Assembly: GCA_030141605.1 (NCBI GenBank)
Contig: JAQGDQ010000447.1
Span: 1-64,000 of the forward strand
DNA from: Tubiluchus corallicola
Lineage: Eukaryota; Animalia; Priapulida
Direction of reading: 5' to 3'
DNA: 64,000 bases
Shown here: piece by piece, positions 1 through 14,884 of the stretch
How the letters are laid out: the number at the start of each line of letters is the position of its first letter
How positions within the stretch are numbered: position 1 is the first letter of the stretch
Made by a program: the position numbers and the translations under genes
The notes under the pieces: generated by a model
The model's database searches: none
What the model was told of the DNA's origin: nothing
Seen by the model: the letters and a program-made list of their open reading frames with translations, nothing else

Positions 1-985
1 ATGGATGGAATGGAGTGAAGTAAGGTGGAGTAAAGTGGATGGAGTAAAGTGAAGTAAGGTGGAGTAAAGTAGAATGGTTGGAGTGGAGTGAACTAACGTG
101 AAGTAAAGCAGAATGGATGGAGTGAAGTGAAGTAAGGTGGTGCAAAGTAGAATGGATGGAATGGAGTGAAGTAAGGTGGAGTAAAGTGGATGGAGTAAAG
201 TGAAGTAAGGTGGAGTAAAGTAGAATGGTTGGAGTGGAGTGAACTAACGTGAAGTAAAGCAGAATGGATGGAGTGAAGTGAAGTAAGGTGGTGCAAAGTA
301 GAATGGATGGAATGGAGTGAAGTAAGGTGGAGTAAAGTGGATGGAGTAAAGTGAAGTAAGGTGGAGTAAAGTAGAATGGTTGGAGTGGAGTGAACTAACG
401 TGAAGTAAAGCAGAATGGATGGAGTGGAGTGAAGTAAGGTGGAGCAAAGTAGAATGGATGGAATGGAGTGAAGTAAGGTGGAGTAAGTAGTGGATGGAGT
501 AAAGTGAAGTAAGGTGGAGTAAAGTAGAATGGTTGGAGTGGAGTGAACTAACGTGAAGTAAAGCAGAATGGATGGAGTGAAGTGAAGTAAGGTGGTGCAA
601 AGTAGAATGGATGGAATGGAGTGAAGTAAGGTGGAGTAAAGTGGATGGAGTAAAGTGAAGTAAGGTGGAGTAAAGTAGAATGGTTGGAGTGGAGTGAACT
701 AACGTGAAGTAAAGCAGAATGGATGGAGTGAAGTGAAGTAAGGTGGTGCAAAGTAGAATGGATGGAATGGAGTGAAGTAAGGTGGAGCAAAGTGGATGGA
801 GTAAAGTGAAGTGAGGTGGAGTAAAGTAGAATTGATGGAGTGAAGTAAAGTGGAGTAAACTAGAGTAGTTGGAGTGGAGTAAAGTGAAGTAAGATGGAGT
901 AAAGTAGAATGGATAGAGTGAAGTAAAGTGGAGTAAACTAGAGTAGTTGGAGTGGAGTGAAGTGAAGTAAGGTGGAGTAAAGTAG
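1..985. repeat. Purine-rich satellite, ~151-bp unit built from GGAGT/GAAGT/AAAGT-like pentamers
   Basis: Marker AACTAACGT recurs at 91, 242, 393, 546, 697; degenerates after ~790; runs off the window start. Confidence 0.95.
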
Positions 986-1934
986 CTAAGCATTATTAAG
1001 GGAAGGTAGGGAAGTGAATAAGAGTGGAAGGCTAATGCAGAAAGAAAGAGGCAGCAAATGCAAAAGAAAGGAAAATTTGAGGGATTGAAAAGAAAGAATG
1101 AGACAGAACTGTTATGAAAGATCCCGTGCTTGTGTTTTCTGAGAAAATTAAAAAAGTCCTTTTCATTCAAACATCATTTTTTCCCAGGGGTTCTGGAATC
1201 CATATTGTTATATTCACTAAATACTCTGCGTGATTATTCGGTGCTCTGCGTTTAGTCACGTGTTGCTCTTTAACAGGTTGTGCCACTTTTTCTGCTCGTT
1301 CCATTTTTCTTCTTTTGTCGCTGTCACTGCCAAAAACCACGGAGTCGATTACCAAACATAAATTGATTGTTACGACTTCCTTACGATGTTATTTTACAGT
1401 AATAAAACCTACGAGGTCTCGTGTCACGAGTCAACCAGCCACCCGTGCTGCTGTGTAACACACACACACACACACACAACCACACAGGCGCCTTGGTAAA
1501 TGTGTCTTTATAAATGTTATCATATGGGTGTTGTAAAAGTCTATGTAAGCTTTACAATATTATGATGTCATTGTTATTTTCGTGTTGAAACTTGTTGACT
1601 TGGTTTATCTGTATGTCGACGTCAGACGAAGCAGCGTCTTGTTTCAATGTTTTTTGTAAATATCCAGCAGGTCGATTGAGTCGTGTTAGTCAGACAGAGA
1701 GTCAGATGGTTGTGGGTTCGGATCTCAAATACTGATGTTTTAATTTGGCATCGTTTTTTGCGATTATGAATCCTCAAAGAGGAGTTGATAAATCTATATT
1801 TGTACAATATATACATATACATACATACAAAATATACAGGGTTTGAAATTCGTAATAAATTAATGTAAATCGCCCATTGTTTGCTTGACACACACCATGT
1901 TATTTCAATATATGGAATTTCCTGCAACTAAAAA

Positions 1935-1974
<40 letters not shown>

Positions 1975-2008
1975 GACGACGACGACGACGACGACGACGA
2001 TGATGATG

Positions 2009-2082
<74 letters not shown>

Positions 2083-2091
2083 GATGATGAT
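1935..2091. repeat. Compound (GAT)n/(GAC)n microsatellite
   Basis: Seen directly. Confidence 0.97.
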
Positions 2092-3454
2092 TATAAATCT
2101 TTATTTGCACAATATATATATATGTATATACATGCAAGGCTTCTATTTGCAGACCGATAATTCTGCACTGTGTCATGATATAAGAGTATATATACAACAC
2201 GGTCAATTATAATTATGTCCTTAATACATGTACCACAAACTTGCTTATAAAACATTTTAGCAATTATTTATAATAATTAAGGTCCATAATAACAGAATTC
2301 ATTCACAGGAACTATCTAGACTGCACTATTATGAAAGTATTAAAAATTACAAACTTTTCTACATGCACGCTTTACTTGCAAATGTATAAGAACAAGGACT
2401 TTGACTAAGACTAAAATTTACGATAAAACCAGGCTAAATTTGCTGAGTTATACATATATGTACATAGAGTTATTCATATATGTATATAAACCTATATACA
2501 CATGTGTGCATGAGCTACAATTTATATTATATTAAGCATTTAACCCTTTTACATCCCTTTACAAACTGATAAGATAAAATACGTCCCTTTATTTAATGCT
2601 TCTTCTTTTTTTAAAAATACGCTGGTTATGTTTTCCTCCTGTAGGGTTTCTGATAGGTGTTTTCTTAGGTTAGCGTCTACTTTGTTACAGTTGCATATTA
2701 GCTGTTCAGGTGTCTGAATACCCGAAATAACCGTACTAACAAATGTCAAATACATTGTACTAGTATAGCCTACCTCAGCCAAAGCGTGTGGCAAAGTGCT
2801 CAGTCATTACCTGCTATTTAGAGTAATTTACAATTTCAGAACAAATGCTAAGAATGTGAAATGTATTGCAAGTCGTTGTGCTGCCCACAGCTATTTGTCT
2901 GAACACTGAACTCTACGAAATTCTGAAGTTTGAAGCTTACTAATGAACAGACGTGGTCGCAAGTTCGATGCTATATCTTGCCTATTTTTTAATAACCTAC
3001 TAAAAGTCAAGTAGTGTATGTCTGGGAACAAGTTGCTTACGTTAATTCTGGAGCTTTTGAACTACGTAATCTTAGTCGTTCGTTGGAGAGTGGAGCGCTT
3101 GCGCAATTTTGTACACGTCGTTACACAGTCTGTGTTTCAGCCTTCAAGCACTTTCACACTTTAACGATCAAATCGCTCATTAATCTGTTATGAGTTTAAC
3201 GACCAAGCGCTCAACCTATATTTATGTGTCAGTGCACATACTTTAGCTTCAAGACTGTGGGCGGAGCTTTTCTTACGCACACAACTTCTTTCATTTTTTT
3301 AATTTACGTTATTAAAGAGACGGAAAGGCCGAAAGGGACCGACAGACAGATAGAGTAGTGGCGCAAGAGGAAGAGAATGAGAGTAAGAGAGACAGCAAAA
3401 GAGGTAGAGAGAAAAAAGGAAGAGAGAGAAAAAAGAGAGGAAAGATGGAGGAGA

Positions 3455-3525
<71 letters not shown>
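3455..3525. repeat. (GA)n microsatellite
   Basis: Seen directly. Confidence 0.97.
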
Positions 3526-3528
<3 letters not shown>

Positions 3529-4504
3529 AAAGGGGGAGAAACAGAAAAATGAAAAGCGATTAAGGAGAAGAACAAGCAGACAGAGACATCTTTTGCCGAA
3601 ATTTCTACAAACACTAAATGCCACGTGACTTTGATGACGTGCTCAGAAGGAGTGACTTATTTTTCCAGTTCCGGAAAGTGGAGGTCAGTTTCCCATGTAC
3701 CCCAAACAGGCCTATACTTTACCTTCAGTCCTGGAATTCAAAATTTGTTTTGAATGACTTGCTGGTGCCAGAGTCGTAAAACATTCGTCTAATTGTCTGG
3801 ATGAGCAAATATTATCGTCTGCTATAAGAACCATTATGTTTTAGCTATGAATGTACCGAAAGTCAAAAAGCCAAAATCGCTAACAGAATCTTAAACAATT
3901 TAAACAATTCGCGTTGCTTTTTCCACATACTTTTACTTTTGTGTTATTCTAACAATTGTTTACCTTGTAGTAGTAATACTGCAAATTGTACACTACGTGG
4001 AACATGCGCGCCTTGTTGATCATTGTGGAGCGAAGGATATAGACGAAGTGACCACGGTCAGTGCTTGGTGATGGAAGTTAATGAACATCAATCCTGGCTA
4101 GTAAGTGGATGGCTAACTGCCTAAACTACTACTTTTGAATAACCGATTCTGCGTTCGAATCCCACTCAATGGTTTTTTTTAGAACTGCCCAGGCAACTGC
4201 TTCTGGATAACCGGTTCTGCGTTCAAATCTCACTTTTTCTAAAACCATTTACGGCTCGGACAGTGACCGCCTCACTAGCCCTGCTTGGCTTTAATTGTGT
4301 ACTTGATCACGTACTGGAGAAAGAGGGGCTACCCACCTGCCCTCTTTACATGGCGAGTCTCCATATAGGCATAGACCATTTTTGTTAAGTATCTCTCAAA
4401 ATAGGTTGGTTATTTGTAATAATAACAATGATTTCGTTTAGGACATAGTCCAGGGTAACATCTTAAGTAACTCAATACCTATTTCAAGTCAGTCCGGATT
4501 ATTG

Positions 4505-5150
4505 TAGGTTTTACATGTCAAATGTAGACCTGCGTTAACTCAAATGTAGATTTTGTTAATTCAAATGTGTCTTGGTAACTCATATGTAGATTTAGGTAAT
4601 TCAAATGTGTCTTGGTAACTCATATGTAGACTTGGGTAGTTCAAATGTGTTAACAATGGTTTTCAACAAATCTTAAGCGCTTTTGGTAAGTCAAATGTGA
4701 CATTGGTATTTCAAATGTGGATAGGTGGTAAAGTTTAAGGATGTTAAATTTAATCTCCTTTAATCTTAATTTAATAATTACTGTGAAAATAATAACTTTA
4801 TAGGTCTACTAATAGTTCATTAATACTCTGTAAACTTTACATACCATTGGAACTGTTAGAGAAAACAATACATTCTTAAAATAAACAATGTTTCTTGAGA
4901 GAATATAATTCATTAACGCAGTGCTTATGCATTACTTAAAAAACCAATTAGTGATTCACTGTTAATTGGGAAGGGATAAACAACACATTTTTCAAAGTTA
5001 TGAAAGAGGCGATGACTATCTTTGGTTTATTTTTTGTAATTTGCATTTAAATGAGTTAATTACTGATTTATTAAAAGTAATGCAGTCTACATTTGACTTA
5101 CCTAAGTCACATTTGAACTTTCCTATGTCTACATTTGTGTAAAACTTATA
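4505..5150 (-). mobile_element. MITE family A (TIR TAGGTTTTACAyGTCAAATGTAGAC, ~20-bp subterminal repeats)
   Basis: Same termini as copies at 5640, 12890, 31689, 43025; opposite orientation to them. Confidence 0.85.
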
Positions 5151-5639
5151 GTACCTGCATGTTATGTCGATAACCTATCGTGCTTGTTGTAAGGAACAGC
5201 TGTACTATTTTTTAGTCTTTGGTATGAGATTAAGTCGGGAAATGAACCCGCCACCTACTGGGTAAAAAGCCAGTTACACCAACCGGTAGAATATAAGGAT
5301 CCCTGGAAACTTTGAATTGCACTCTTAATGCTGGGAGCAGCAATTTTTCGTCTCTGCGTTTTTTTTTGTCTCTTGAATGTTCACGTGAGTTGACTTCGTT
5401 TGTTTAAGGATCACATCACAAAGGTCAATAAGATGGTATGCGAATAGTGAGATACGAGGGACACCGCAAATATAGTCTCAAAGTCAATATTGACATTAAA
5501 ATTCGTCTGCAGCTATTCGGGATGTAAATATTAACAGAAATGTTGAAACGACATTTGGAAAAGTTGAAAAACGAAAAGTTGAAAAAGTGATGTGGTTTCA
5601 TGCATTAAACCTTATTGTTAATCTCCACTTTCAAGCTTG

Positions 5640-6581
5640 TATAGGTTTTACACGTCAAATGTAGACATAGGAATTTCAAATGCGTTTTGGTAACTCAAAT
5701 GTAGACACAGGAATTCCGAATGTGTTTTGGTAACTCAAATATGACTTAGATAACTCAAATGTAGCTGCATTACTTTGAATACATCGGTAATCAACTCATT
5801 TAAGTGCAAATTACAAAAAGATAAAAACCAAATTAAAATTATATTTTATGGTCTTGGTGCTATCGGCAGCATCAATTTTTATTATATTTAATTAATTTGC
5901 AACTATTTGTATGGACTATTTATATACACCAATTCTACATTTTATTTGTCAACGTTTTTCAAAAAATGTCGGCAGAAAAGAATAAATCGGTTCCCACTTC
6001 CCAATGAACAGTGAATCACTAATTAGTTTTTAAAGCAGTGCATTAGCACTGCATTAATGAATTAGTTTCTCTCGAGAAACATTGTTTATTTTAAGAATGT
6101 ATTGTTTTCTCTAACAGTTCCAATGGTATGTAAAGTTTGTAGAATATTAGTAGACCTATAACATTGTTATTTTAACTTAAGACCAATTATTAAATTGAAA
6201 TTAAAAAAGATTAAATTTAACATCCTTAAGCTTTACCACCTATCCACATTTGAGATACCAATGTCACATTTGACTTGCCAAAAACGCTTAAGATTTCTTG
6301 AAAACCATTGTTAACACATTTGAACTACCTAAGTCTACATTTGAGTTACCAAGACACATTTGAATTACCTAAATCTACATTTGAGTTACCAAGACCCATT
6401 TGAATTACCTAAATCTACATTTGAGTTACCAAGACACATTTGAACTACCTAAGTCTACATTTGAGTTACCAAGACACATTTGAACTACCTAAGTTTACTT
6501 TTGAGTTACCAAGACACATTTGAATTACCTAAATCTACATTTGAGTTAACGCAGGTCTACAGTTGACATGTAAAACCTATA
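5640..6581 (+). mobile_element. MITE family A, longest copy
   Basis: TATAGGTTTTACACGTCAAATGTAGAC ... GTCTACAGTTGACATGTAAAACCTATA; expanded ~40-bp subterminal repeats 6315-6550. Confidence 0.9.
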
Positions 6582-6998
6582 ATAGAGAAGGATATATTTT
6601 CTTTCTACACGAACAGAATAATAGCTTATAAAATCAATATAAATGCTTACTTTGCTTTAATTTGCTGATGGTACTTAATGGAATGACTCTCTGCCTTTGT
6701 TAGTTATCATAAGAAAGTCAGATGACATTGTAAAATGTCTACAAAAGCTAGACAAAATCAAACAAGGGTTAATAGTCCTTCATCGGAAGTTCGAGGTTAA
6801 GAAAATGAAAGTGACGGATTTGAGTTCTTACCTCGGAATTAGTGACTGCTCCGCGCTTTGTTCAAAGGCATCGGAATTATCAAAGTTTGACATTAAAAAC
6901 AGTATTATCAGATTTATGCCATTGACAAAATATTTATTAAATTCGGAGAGATTAAATTGCGATTTTTCTTTCCATGGAGAGTATAGCTCACGACATGT

Positions 6999-7525
6999 TG
7001 TTGTTGTTGTTGTTGGCTGATGTCCTTCTGTCTCGGAAGACAATGGAGTGTGCGCCAAGAGAGTCGGTTATTGATCACATTGATGGAGCTCCTGCGTAGA
7101 CTATGGCTGAGCAGTCCGATCCTTGAACTACTGGAGTGGCCTCTCCAGGGCGCACGCCTGGGCAAGGTGTATGGAGATCCTGAGTTGCCCAGACAACAGG
7201 AGCCCCCTCTCTTCCTCCATGGTGTAGTCCAAAGGGAAGCGGAGGGATACATTTGTCACGAGGCTGGCTGCAGGAGCTGCCGGAGTCAGTGAGCATGCTG
7301 CACTGGTCCGCCTTCGGGGCTCCACTCCTGATTTGGAAGGTTTACTCCTCTACACATGGCCGTTGGTTGCTTGTACAGCTCCTCCGCCTAGTGTCGAGAT
7401 ACAGTGCGGGCATCCCGCAAGCCTAACGCACCTGGTATTCCTAGGCGGTCACCCATCCAAGTACTAGCCAGGCTCTACGTTGCTTAACTTTGGCGATCAG
7501 ACGAGAACCGGTGTTTTCAACGTGA
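6999..7525 (-). mobile_element. 5S rRNA-headed SINE (SINE3-like) with RTE-derived body, copy 1
   Basis: 5S head ~7419-7525 (about 10 nt 5'-truncated), (CAA)n tail, TSD TATAGyTCACGACATGT at 6982-6998 and 7526-7542. Confidence 0.92.
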
Positions 7526-8143
7526 TATAGTTCACGACATGTAGTTCTCTGTAAACAGGAATCACGCGTTCAAATCTCGGCTAGTCAGTAATTTTTCCTT
7601 GCTTTTCTTTGGTTCACTTGGATGAATCCTTGAAATCATTATTAGGGCAAAATAAAAACTACGTTCGCTGGTACACGACGCCCAAATTCCAAAATCCCTT
7701 GCAGGTATCGTGAGTGGACAGCATAACTAATAAACTAGAACAAGCTAGAACACTTGCGTGACTGCGGTTTCAATCTTTCTTTACGACTTTATCGTTCTTG
7801 TTCAAAGCCGGAAAAACTGTTTCTCAATTGCTAAAGCGACTTACAAGGAGGAGAATTATCGCAGACGTGCCTTTTTTCCTCGCAGCGAGTTGACAACAAT
7901 CATTGTGTGAACTGACAACGACTTCGCTAAACGATTTTCAATAGTTCCCGTTTGTAGGTTAAAACCCGGGCGACATCATTAGAGGTGAAAGACACTTGTG
8001 GTTGGTTCGAAATGCAACCGATGGTTTTTATTTCTATAAGCAAATAAAAATTCAGCTACGTTTGGTAGTATTGTTTACAAACAGTAGCGTACTAATGGTG
8101 ATTACCACTAATCAAAGTGACGTAATCTAGCTAAATCAATAAA

Positions 8144-8194
8144 ATGTCTATGTTATCGTTATACTTCAGCTCGTACAGTACGAGTCATCAACAG
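8144..8194 (+). CDS. Possible first coding exon of the TRIM2/3-like gene (MSMLSLYFSSYSTSHQQ)
   Basis: ATG in AAAATG context, CAG|GTAAGA donor, phase 0 matches the open phase-0 acceptor at 24826; no homology or transcript support. Confidence 0.3.
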
Positions 8195-8954
8195 GTAAGA
8201 AAATATTTCATTTACAAAATCATATTTTTCTACTATTTTCGTGTAATCGTAAAAGTTATATCTCACATTATTCACATAACGTTGCTAACTGCAGGAAAAC
8301 TACAAGCAATGACACGTTTGAAAGACTTGGGAACTGTTTCGTGATTAGTTTGCAAATTCTCCCATTATTTTGCTTTGTCCTCGTGGTTTTAATCGTTTCC
8401 ATCTCTTGTTTTTAGCAAGTTTTTAGATTTGATACTAATACGACGATAACTATATTATCAGTGTTATTTTGCTGATCGTCTTGCGTTATTACTGCTTATA
8501 AACTTCATTATACAAAGTTATACTTTACCTTATTTAGTCATCGATTGAATATACACAACTGGTCATATCGTTTGTGATTTTTGATGAAACATCAAAGAGA
8601 CCGCCGCCACACTGCACAAACAAGTCGGTTTGGTTTTTGTAATAACCATCATCACATTTTTATGGTTTTACTGCTTCTTTGCTTACAGGCGTGATGCTTA
8701 TGATGTGACGTCACACGCTTTTTTTCATGACTATAGTTTGATAGTTACACAGTCCAGATTTTTTTTATAATTCACATTTGTAGACAGATTGGCATTATAT
8801 AGTGTAGTGTTCCTATAGCTAAATAACCATGTGTGTTGAAGTGTATTGCACGATTTTGCAGAGGTAACTTTATATATTTGTGAAATCTATAATTAGTAAT
8901 TAAAATTGGTGACTGCAGTAAAATTGTACGTGCGCAAAATGTAAATTATTAGTA

Positions 8955-9265
8955 ACCTTTTATCTACCCGAAATAGCAAATAAGGAGTATATTTTGTAAC
9001 TCCAAAACTATTGGAAAAAAGGAATTCCGACTGGGATTCGAACTCTGGATTTTCTCCTCAAATTGTCTACCTGAAATAGCAAATAAGGAGTAAATTTTGT
9101 AACTTCAAAACTATTGGAAAAAAGGAATTCCGACTGGGACTCGAACTCTGGATTTTCCCCTCAAATTGTCTACCTGAAACAGCAAATTAGTAGTAAATTT
9201 TGTAGCTGCAAAACTATTGGAAAAAAGGAATTCCGACTGGGATTCGAACTCTGGATTTTCGCCTC
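8955..9265. repeat. Three tandem ~107-bp units with a tRNA B-box-like motif on the minus strand
   Basis: GGAAAAAAGGAATTCCGACTGGGAyTCGAACTCTGGATTTT three times. Confidence 0.85.
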
Positions 9266-10626
9266 AAACGCTCATGCGATAAACAAGTGCTATTTCACGA
9301 TTGAAGTTTCATTTAGAATTGCCAATTACTTGTATTCTGTGATTAACTTATTTATACAGGTGTCTTACGTGTAGCGTTACATTCCCGTGGTAATTTCTTT
9401 TTTAATTATCTAAATTTAAATGTAGTCATATACTGTATTAGAGCTTTGTCACGTAGTTTTTACGAAAAAAGTTCGTACTCTAAATAAAAATGTTTTCAGC
9501 ACAGTAGGGCAATCTTTCCAACGTGGAGTGGATGGGCTTGAAACTTTATTTCACTTTTCAAACTCAAAATAGCACCAGTTTTACTGCTTCGGTAACGCCT
9601 TTTTGAGCTGCCATGGTATTTCAGTCTTTTCTTGTGGTGTATTTTGATGTTCTTGCTCGATTTTATGGGTTTTTATTGCTTTGCGACTTCCCCACGTTCA
9701 TACAGCCACACGAGTGCATTGTTCTCTTTAATAAAATTCATTCACGTACCATATTGAATCCAGGTAAAAAAGTCACAGGTAAAAAAAGTTCCAGCAAAAA
9801 AGAAAATAACCCTAAGATGTTGAACAAAACCTGACTTTTTTCACGTACGTGTTTGGCCATCATATATAAATCATATGCAGTCATATATAAATATAGAAGT
9901 ATCATATGTCGTCAATATGTACAAGTCATGTATTACCAGTTAATAACTGATTTAAATTTTTTTCTGTTTTATTACTGTAATTGTTTATGGTATTTAAATA
10001 CATTGTGACTGATTTGAGCAGTTTCGCATGATTACTTGACTTACTTTCCTAGCCAAAATTGTGACTTTTTTCTGTGACTTTTTACCTATGGCTTTATTAC
10101 TAGATAGATAGATAGGTAGGCAGGTAAGCAGGCAGGCAGGCAGATAGATCGACAGATAGATGATAACATTTATTTTCGTCTCATCTATAGAACATTCAAG
10201 TACACATAACACCACTGCAACAAATAGGAGCTGAACTTCAGTCATAATTGACCAAAATTTCACAAAATTAAAGTAAAACAATTAGAGAAACAGATGACAT
10301 AGTGCGAGTGTAGGTACTAACACTAGGAAGTCATTTGTACGTCATAAAAGTACAGAGTTTGTGAATACTTGAATAGATAAAACTAATAAATTAATTAATA
10401 TTTCACCTTCATTTTATCTATACAATAGTCTTCTTATCTTTTCCAACATCTCAAGGAAAACTTTGACAGCAATTTTACACATCTCAGGATTTCCCATGAA
10501 GTAAACAAACTTATTTAAATCATTCTAGTTATTAAAGTTGGCTTCGCATTGAACTATAGATTCTATCAAATTAGTACGTCAAACGCGTTATATGTAACGA
10601 AAAGTGTGTCTCGTCCTCAATAGCAC

Positions 10627-10917
<291 letters not shown>

Positions 10918-11677
10918 AATAGCACCACAATTATATATCTGACGTAATCGTTCATCAACCGGGATTATTCCTTAACGTCCATTTCAATTCTAAGTGGGGG
11001 CAGTGCCGCACCTAGGTGACGCAAATGATCTAGGAAATTTTAAAAGATAGGTTTTTTGAATTAAGATATGTTTCCTTACCGAAAACACCAGTCACATGCG
11101 TGGTAGATGTACAGGCATGTGGATTTTCATATCTTTATTAAGACAGCCAAAAACCCGTTTATGTTCATTATTCGTCTCAAGTGAGTAATATCGTCATCAT
11201 CATGGCAATATCTGTCAAAAACTTGCTCAGTTACCATGTAAGAAATGTTCAATCTTTACCAGTTGACCACCTACGGCTCTGGTGGAATTTTGCATTTTTT
11301 TCACGTAATTTTCTATTGTTTAACCATAAACTCGAGATGATAGAGAAGCTATACTCAACTGCTATAGTACAATGCGTTGTTGCGAGGTCACAGAGAAACG
11401 CCTCTGGACATAAACTGCGGTAACTAGGCTACCTAAACGCGTTACGTAAACGCGTAAAACTATAATGGGTGCAATGATACGCAATAATAATTCTAGATAC
11501 CCTGTAATTTGCTAAATGTTGTACATGTATAACACACAAGGATTTGTTATGCTTTACGTAGCCTGTTCTGTAAAACTTATAGATTTAAGGCGTGCTAATG
11601 CCTGTCCACTGCAATTAGTGAATTTTAGATGATAAATCCTGTAGGATTGGCATTCGTCACGGGATTAGACAGTAGGT

Positions 11678-11950
11678 GGCGACACTCCTTTTTGATGAGA
11701 TGTCAAAGATTCATATTACGCTATGAGTATGCCTGAATAAGCCTTTTCGCAGTTTCATTGTGCGCACGTGCAGTTGCTGTAGGTCAAAGGTTAAGTGTAC
11801 CATAGCAGCGCGTCTTAACGACAACCATTACAAAACATGTGGGCAAAGCAAAGCCGTTTGCCGCATCAGTTCAGTGACTTCAGTTATTTTATTTGGAGTA
11901 TCTTGCTCGGTAGAAATCAACTTGCAGCAGCTGTCAGAGAGTTTGCAATG
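11678..11950 (-). mobile_element. Partial MITE of the TAAGCCTTTTC family
   Basis: Reverse-complement similarity to 28381-28764 and 56408-56786. Confidence 0.7.
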
Positions 11951-12889
11951 AATTGTCGACATTAACTCGCAAAGTAGTTCACACTTGCGAGTTTACCGTC
12001 AGAGAGAAAACCCGTGACAGAAATTTCGAAATGTGAACGCGTCCCGTAAAAGACGAAACTGCTTTATTAATTGTTAATTACTGTTATTAGCAGATGTTGA
12101 TCATTTATTACGAAAGCGTTATAATATAACAATTCTACAACATATTTCTAATCCTGTTTAAATTAACATAGCAGAGTAGTGCATCACTACCGAAATTTGT
12201 GTTCTATGAAGAAATACTTTTTCAATAATTCTACATGGTAAAATTTCTCCCCAAACGGCATCAGCTTATAAAAATAATAATAGTTCTTTTTAATTTGGCG
12301 CAGTTTTAGTGAAAATTGTTACAACTGGAAGTCAAACAAATTTATTGCTTTACAATTCGACATAAATACGATTTATCATCAGAAAGATTTCCTGCACATC
12401 TTGAAGATTTTTAAAAATAGCTTCCGGCGATGTGAGTACACCTAGTTTTATCTTGAAACATGAAATATCGAATTATCATGAAATCATGACTGTTTTTCGT
12501 TAAATTTTGCATTTTCAAAATCAGGAATAAACTAGGAAGAAAAATAAACAAACTCTGCTCGCTTATGTAGGTTACTCGTTTGTAAGATAGCCCAAGGGAT
12601 TAACCGATTATCGTCACGAGAGAGAAAAAAATCGTTAGTTCCTCCAAGCGCAAATTCACCACTTTTAAGAAGTTACACCAAATTGGCAAAAATGAGGTGA
12701 GACCCGTAAGGGATAAGGCGTTCGCGTAATGCGCTAATCCTGTTCGGCTAGTGTAGATGTTTTGATGTACAGTACATTCATACAACACTCGTTTAAATAG
12801 GAGCACTACGAAATTGTGAATATTTTATACTACATATACAAAAGTAGCTCCAGCATAAGCTGTTTACATGTCTGCATTTACTAATTCTG

Positions 12890-13177
12890 TAGGTTTTACA
12901 CGTCAAATGTAGACACAGGAAAGTTCAAATGTGACTTAGGTAAGTCAAATGTAGACATAAGAATTTCGAATGTGTTTTGGTAACTCAAATGTGACTTACG
13001 TAAGTCAAATGTAGACATAGGACATTTGACTTACCAAAAGCCCTTAAGATTTCTTGAAAATCATTGTTAACACATTTGAACTACCTAAGTCTACATTTGA
13101 GTTACCAAGACACATTTGAATTACCTAAATCTACATTTGACTTAACGTAGGTCTACATTTCGCATGTAAAACCTATA
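12890..13177 (+). mobile_element. MITE family A, short internally deleted copy
   Basis: Both TIRs present. Confidence 0.88.
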
Positions 13178-14884
13178 TTATAGGTGAATATAAAGTTGTA
13201 AATAAAATACCGATTGTATACTTTATAACACGTTTAATATAATGTAATGAGTGTATGAAAAGCACTGTATACAGCATTAATTCAGAGTCACCATCCATAG
13301 ATATTTGTACAGTAAATTACTAATTTTCATTACTAATTTTCATTACTATGACAGTAAAACGATATCATGGCAGTAAAATAATTCGTTCAAAACACTGTCA
13401 GTCAATAGGCAAGATAATCAGAAAAGCGACAATCTGGCCCTGGAATTTAGTAAATTTTTTCTCAATTTCAAGAAGAGATGGACCAAGGCCAGACGTACCC
13501 TGTCAATTATTGCAAGCTTTATTAAAATTAAAGGTTCGCTAATGGCTTTATAATTAACTGCATTTCTACACTCGCCCAGTGAGACTTTTGTGGAGCAATG
13601 ATCTGAAATATTTACCGTTCTAGGACAAGTGCCAGAACAGCTTAAGAAATATCGGCGATACAGCAGATAATCGTGGTGGTTTGAATATTTTGAGTAAAGT
13701 AGTTTATAATGTCTGACATGGTTAGTAAGTGCATTTATTAGACAGAGATCGTATGAAATGAATTTCAATGACGTTTTTCATTGTATTATTACACACAAAA
13801 TTGAGTATTTAATCATGGCTGTAGAGTCGGTTATTATGATTATTTAGATTTACGCATAAATATATAGAGTCAGTAAATAAACACACCGTTCGCGGTGACC
13901 TCTAGCTGAGTGAAACCATGTTTAATCGAAAAATGATATATTATTAATGTGACTTACGAATCTAGGTTGTCGACAAAATTTCGAAAAATGGTATGAATGA
14001 TTATGTATAAATTGCTTGTTAAATTACATGTAAATGACCTCTCGCGATGGCCAAATGAAATCCTGCTACAATTGTCTCTGCTGACGAGACACGTAGGCGT
14101 AGTAATACAGTCCAAACTTTACAGTTTGCAAATAGTTCCACACACTCACTATAAAAGTGTGGCCTTAATATCATAGTTTATTGACTGACCGCTAACTTTA
14201 ATTGCCGCATATTAACTTGACAAATATCAAAACATATTTGTACTGATAAACAAGGCGTACTACGAAGTATTTACTGTCAGATCAGCGGGTAATGATGGTC
14301 ATTCAGTACCTATAGTTTCCCGCTGAAATTCAGTTATAAAAATGCAGATTTCGTCATTTTTCAAACGGTCTAATTTCAAGGAAGATAGTGTGATTTTTTA
14401 ATATACTACCCCATTTTTAAGTTAGATAAAAGTATACATTTTAACATAGTTAATACTGCAAAAGCGTTTCTGATATTTAAATAATAGATGGAAAACTTCA
14501 TTATAACTTCAGTCGATAAGTAAATAGCCTGACCACTCAGCTGTTAGACTAGCAAAACTGAGAACAAACTTTAGATCTATATAATAAATTTGTCTACTTT
14601 AGCATAAATGCAATGTTGTAAAGTTAAAACAAAACAATTTGGCGAAATCTTTTTGACAAATTTTTAATTTTTATTACAGGTATTTTAAGTAGGCTATAAT
14701 AGCAGGGCGTAATAAGCTGCAAAAGCAAACTTTAGTAAGAAGTTGTTTAGTGCGTTATACTTTTTTCTTTGCCACTTGGTAGCGCCATGTGTTTTGCATT
14801 TATGCCATAAGTGTTAAAAAATAAAGTAATGCAATATTAAAGTAATGTCAGCTAATTACATTCGAACAATCTAGCGTTTAATTT

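Noticed and set aside
93-1170. Long His/Ser/Leu-rich minus-strand ORFs
   Set aside because: Translation of the satellite; no coding signal.
4100-4235. tRNA-like GTTCrAATC motifs (also ~5230-5290, ~7565, ~9240, ~48770)
   Set aside because: No complete cloverleaf could be folded; probably decayed tRNA-SINE heads.
6697-7325. Several overlapping ORFs
   Set aside because: Most lie in the SINE body and recur in its other copies; the 107-aa ORF has no recognisable homology.
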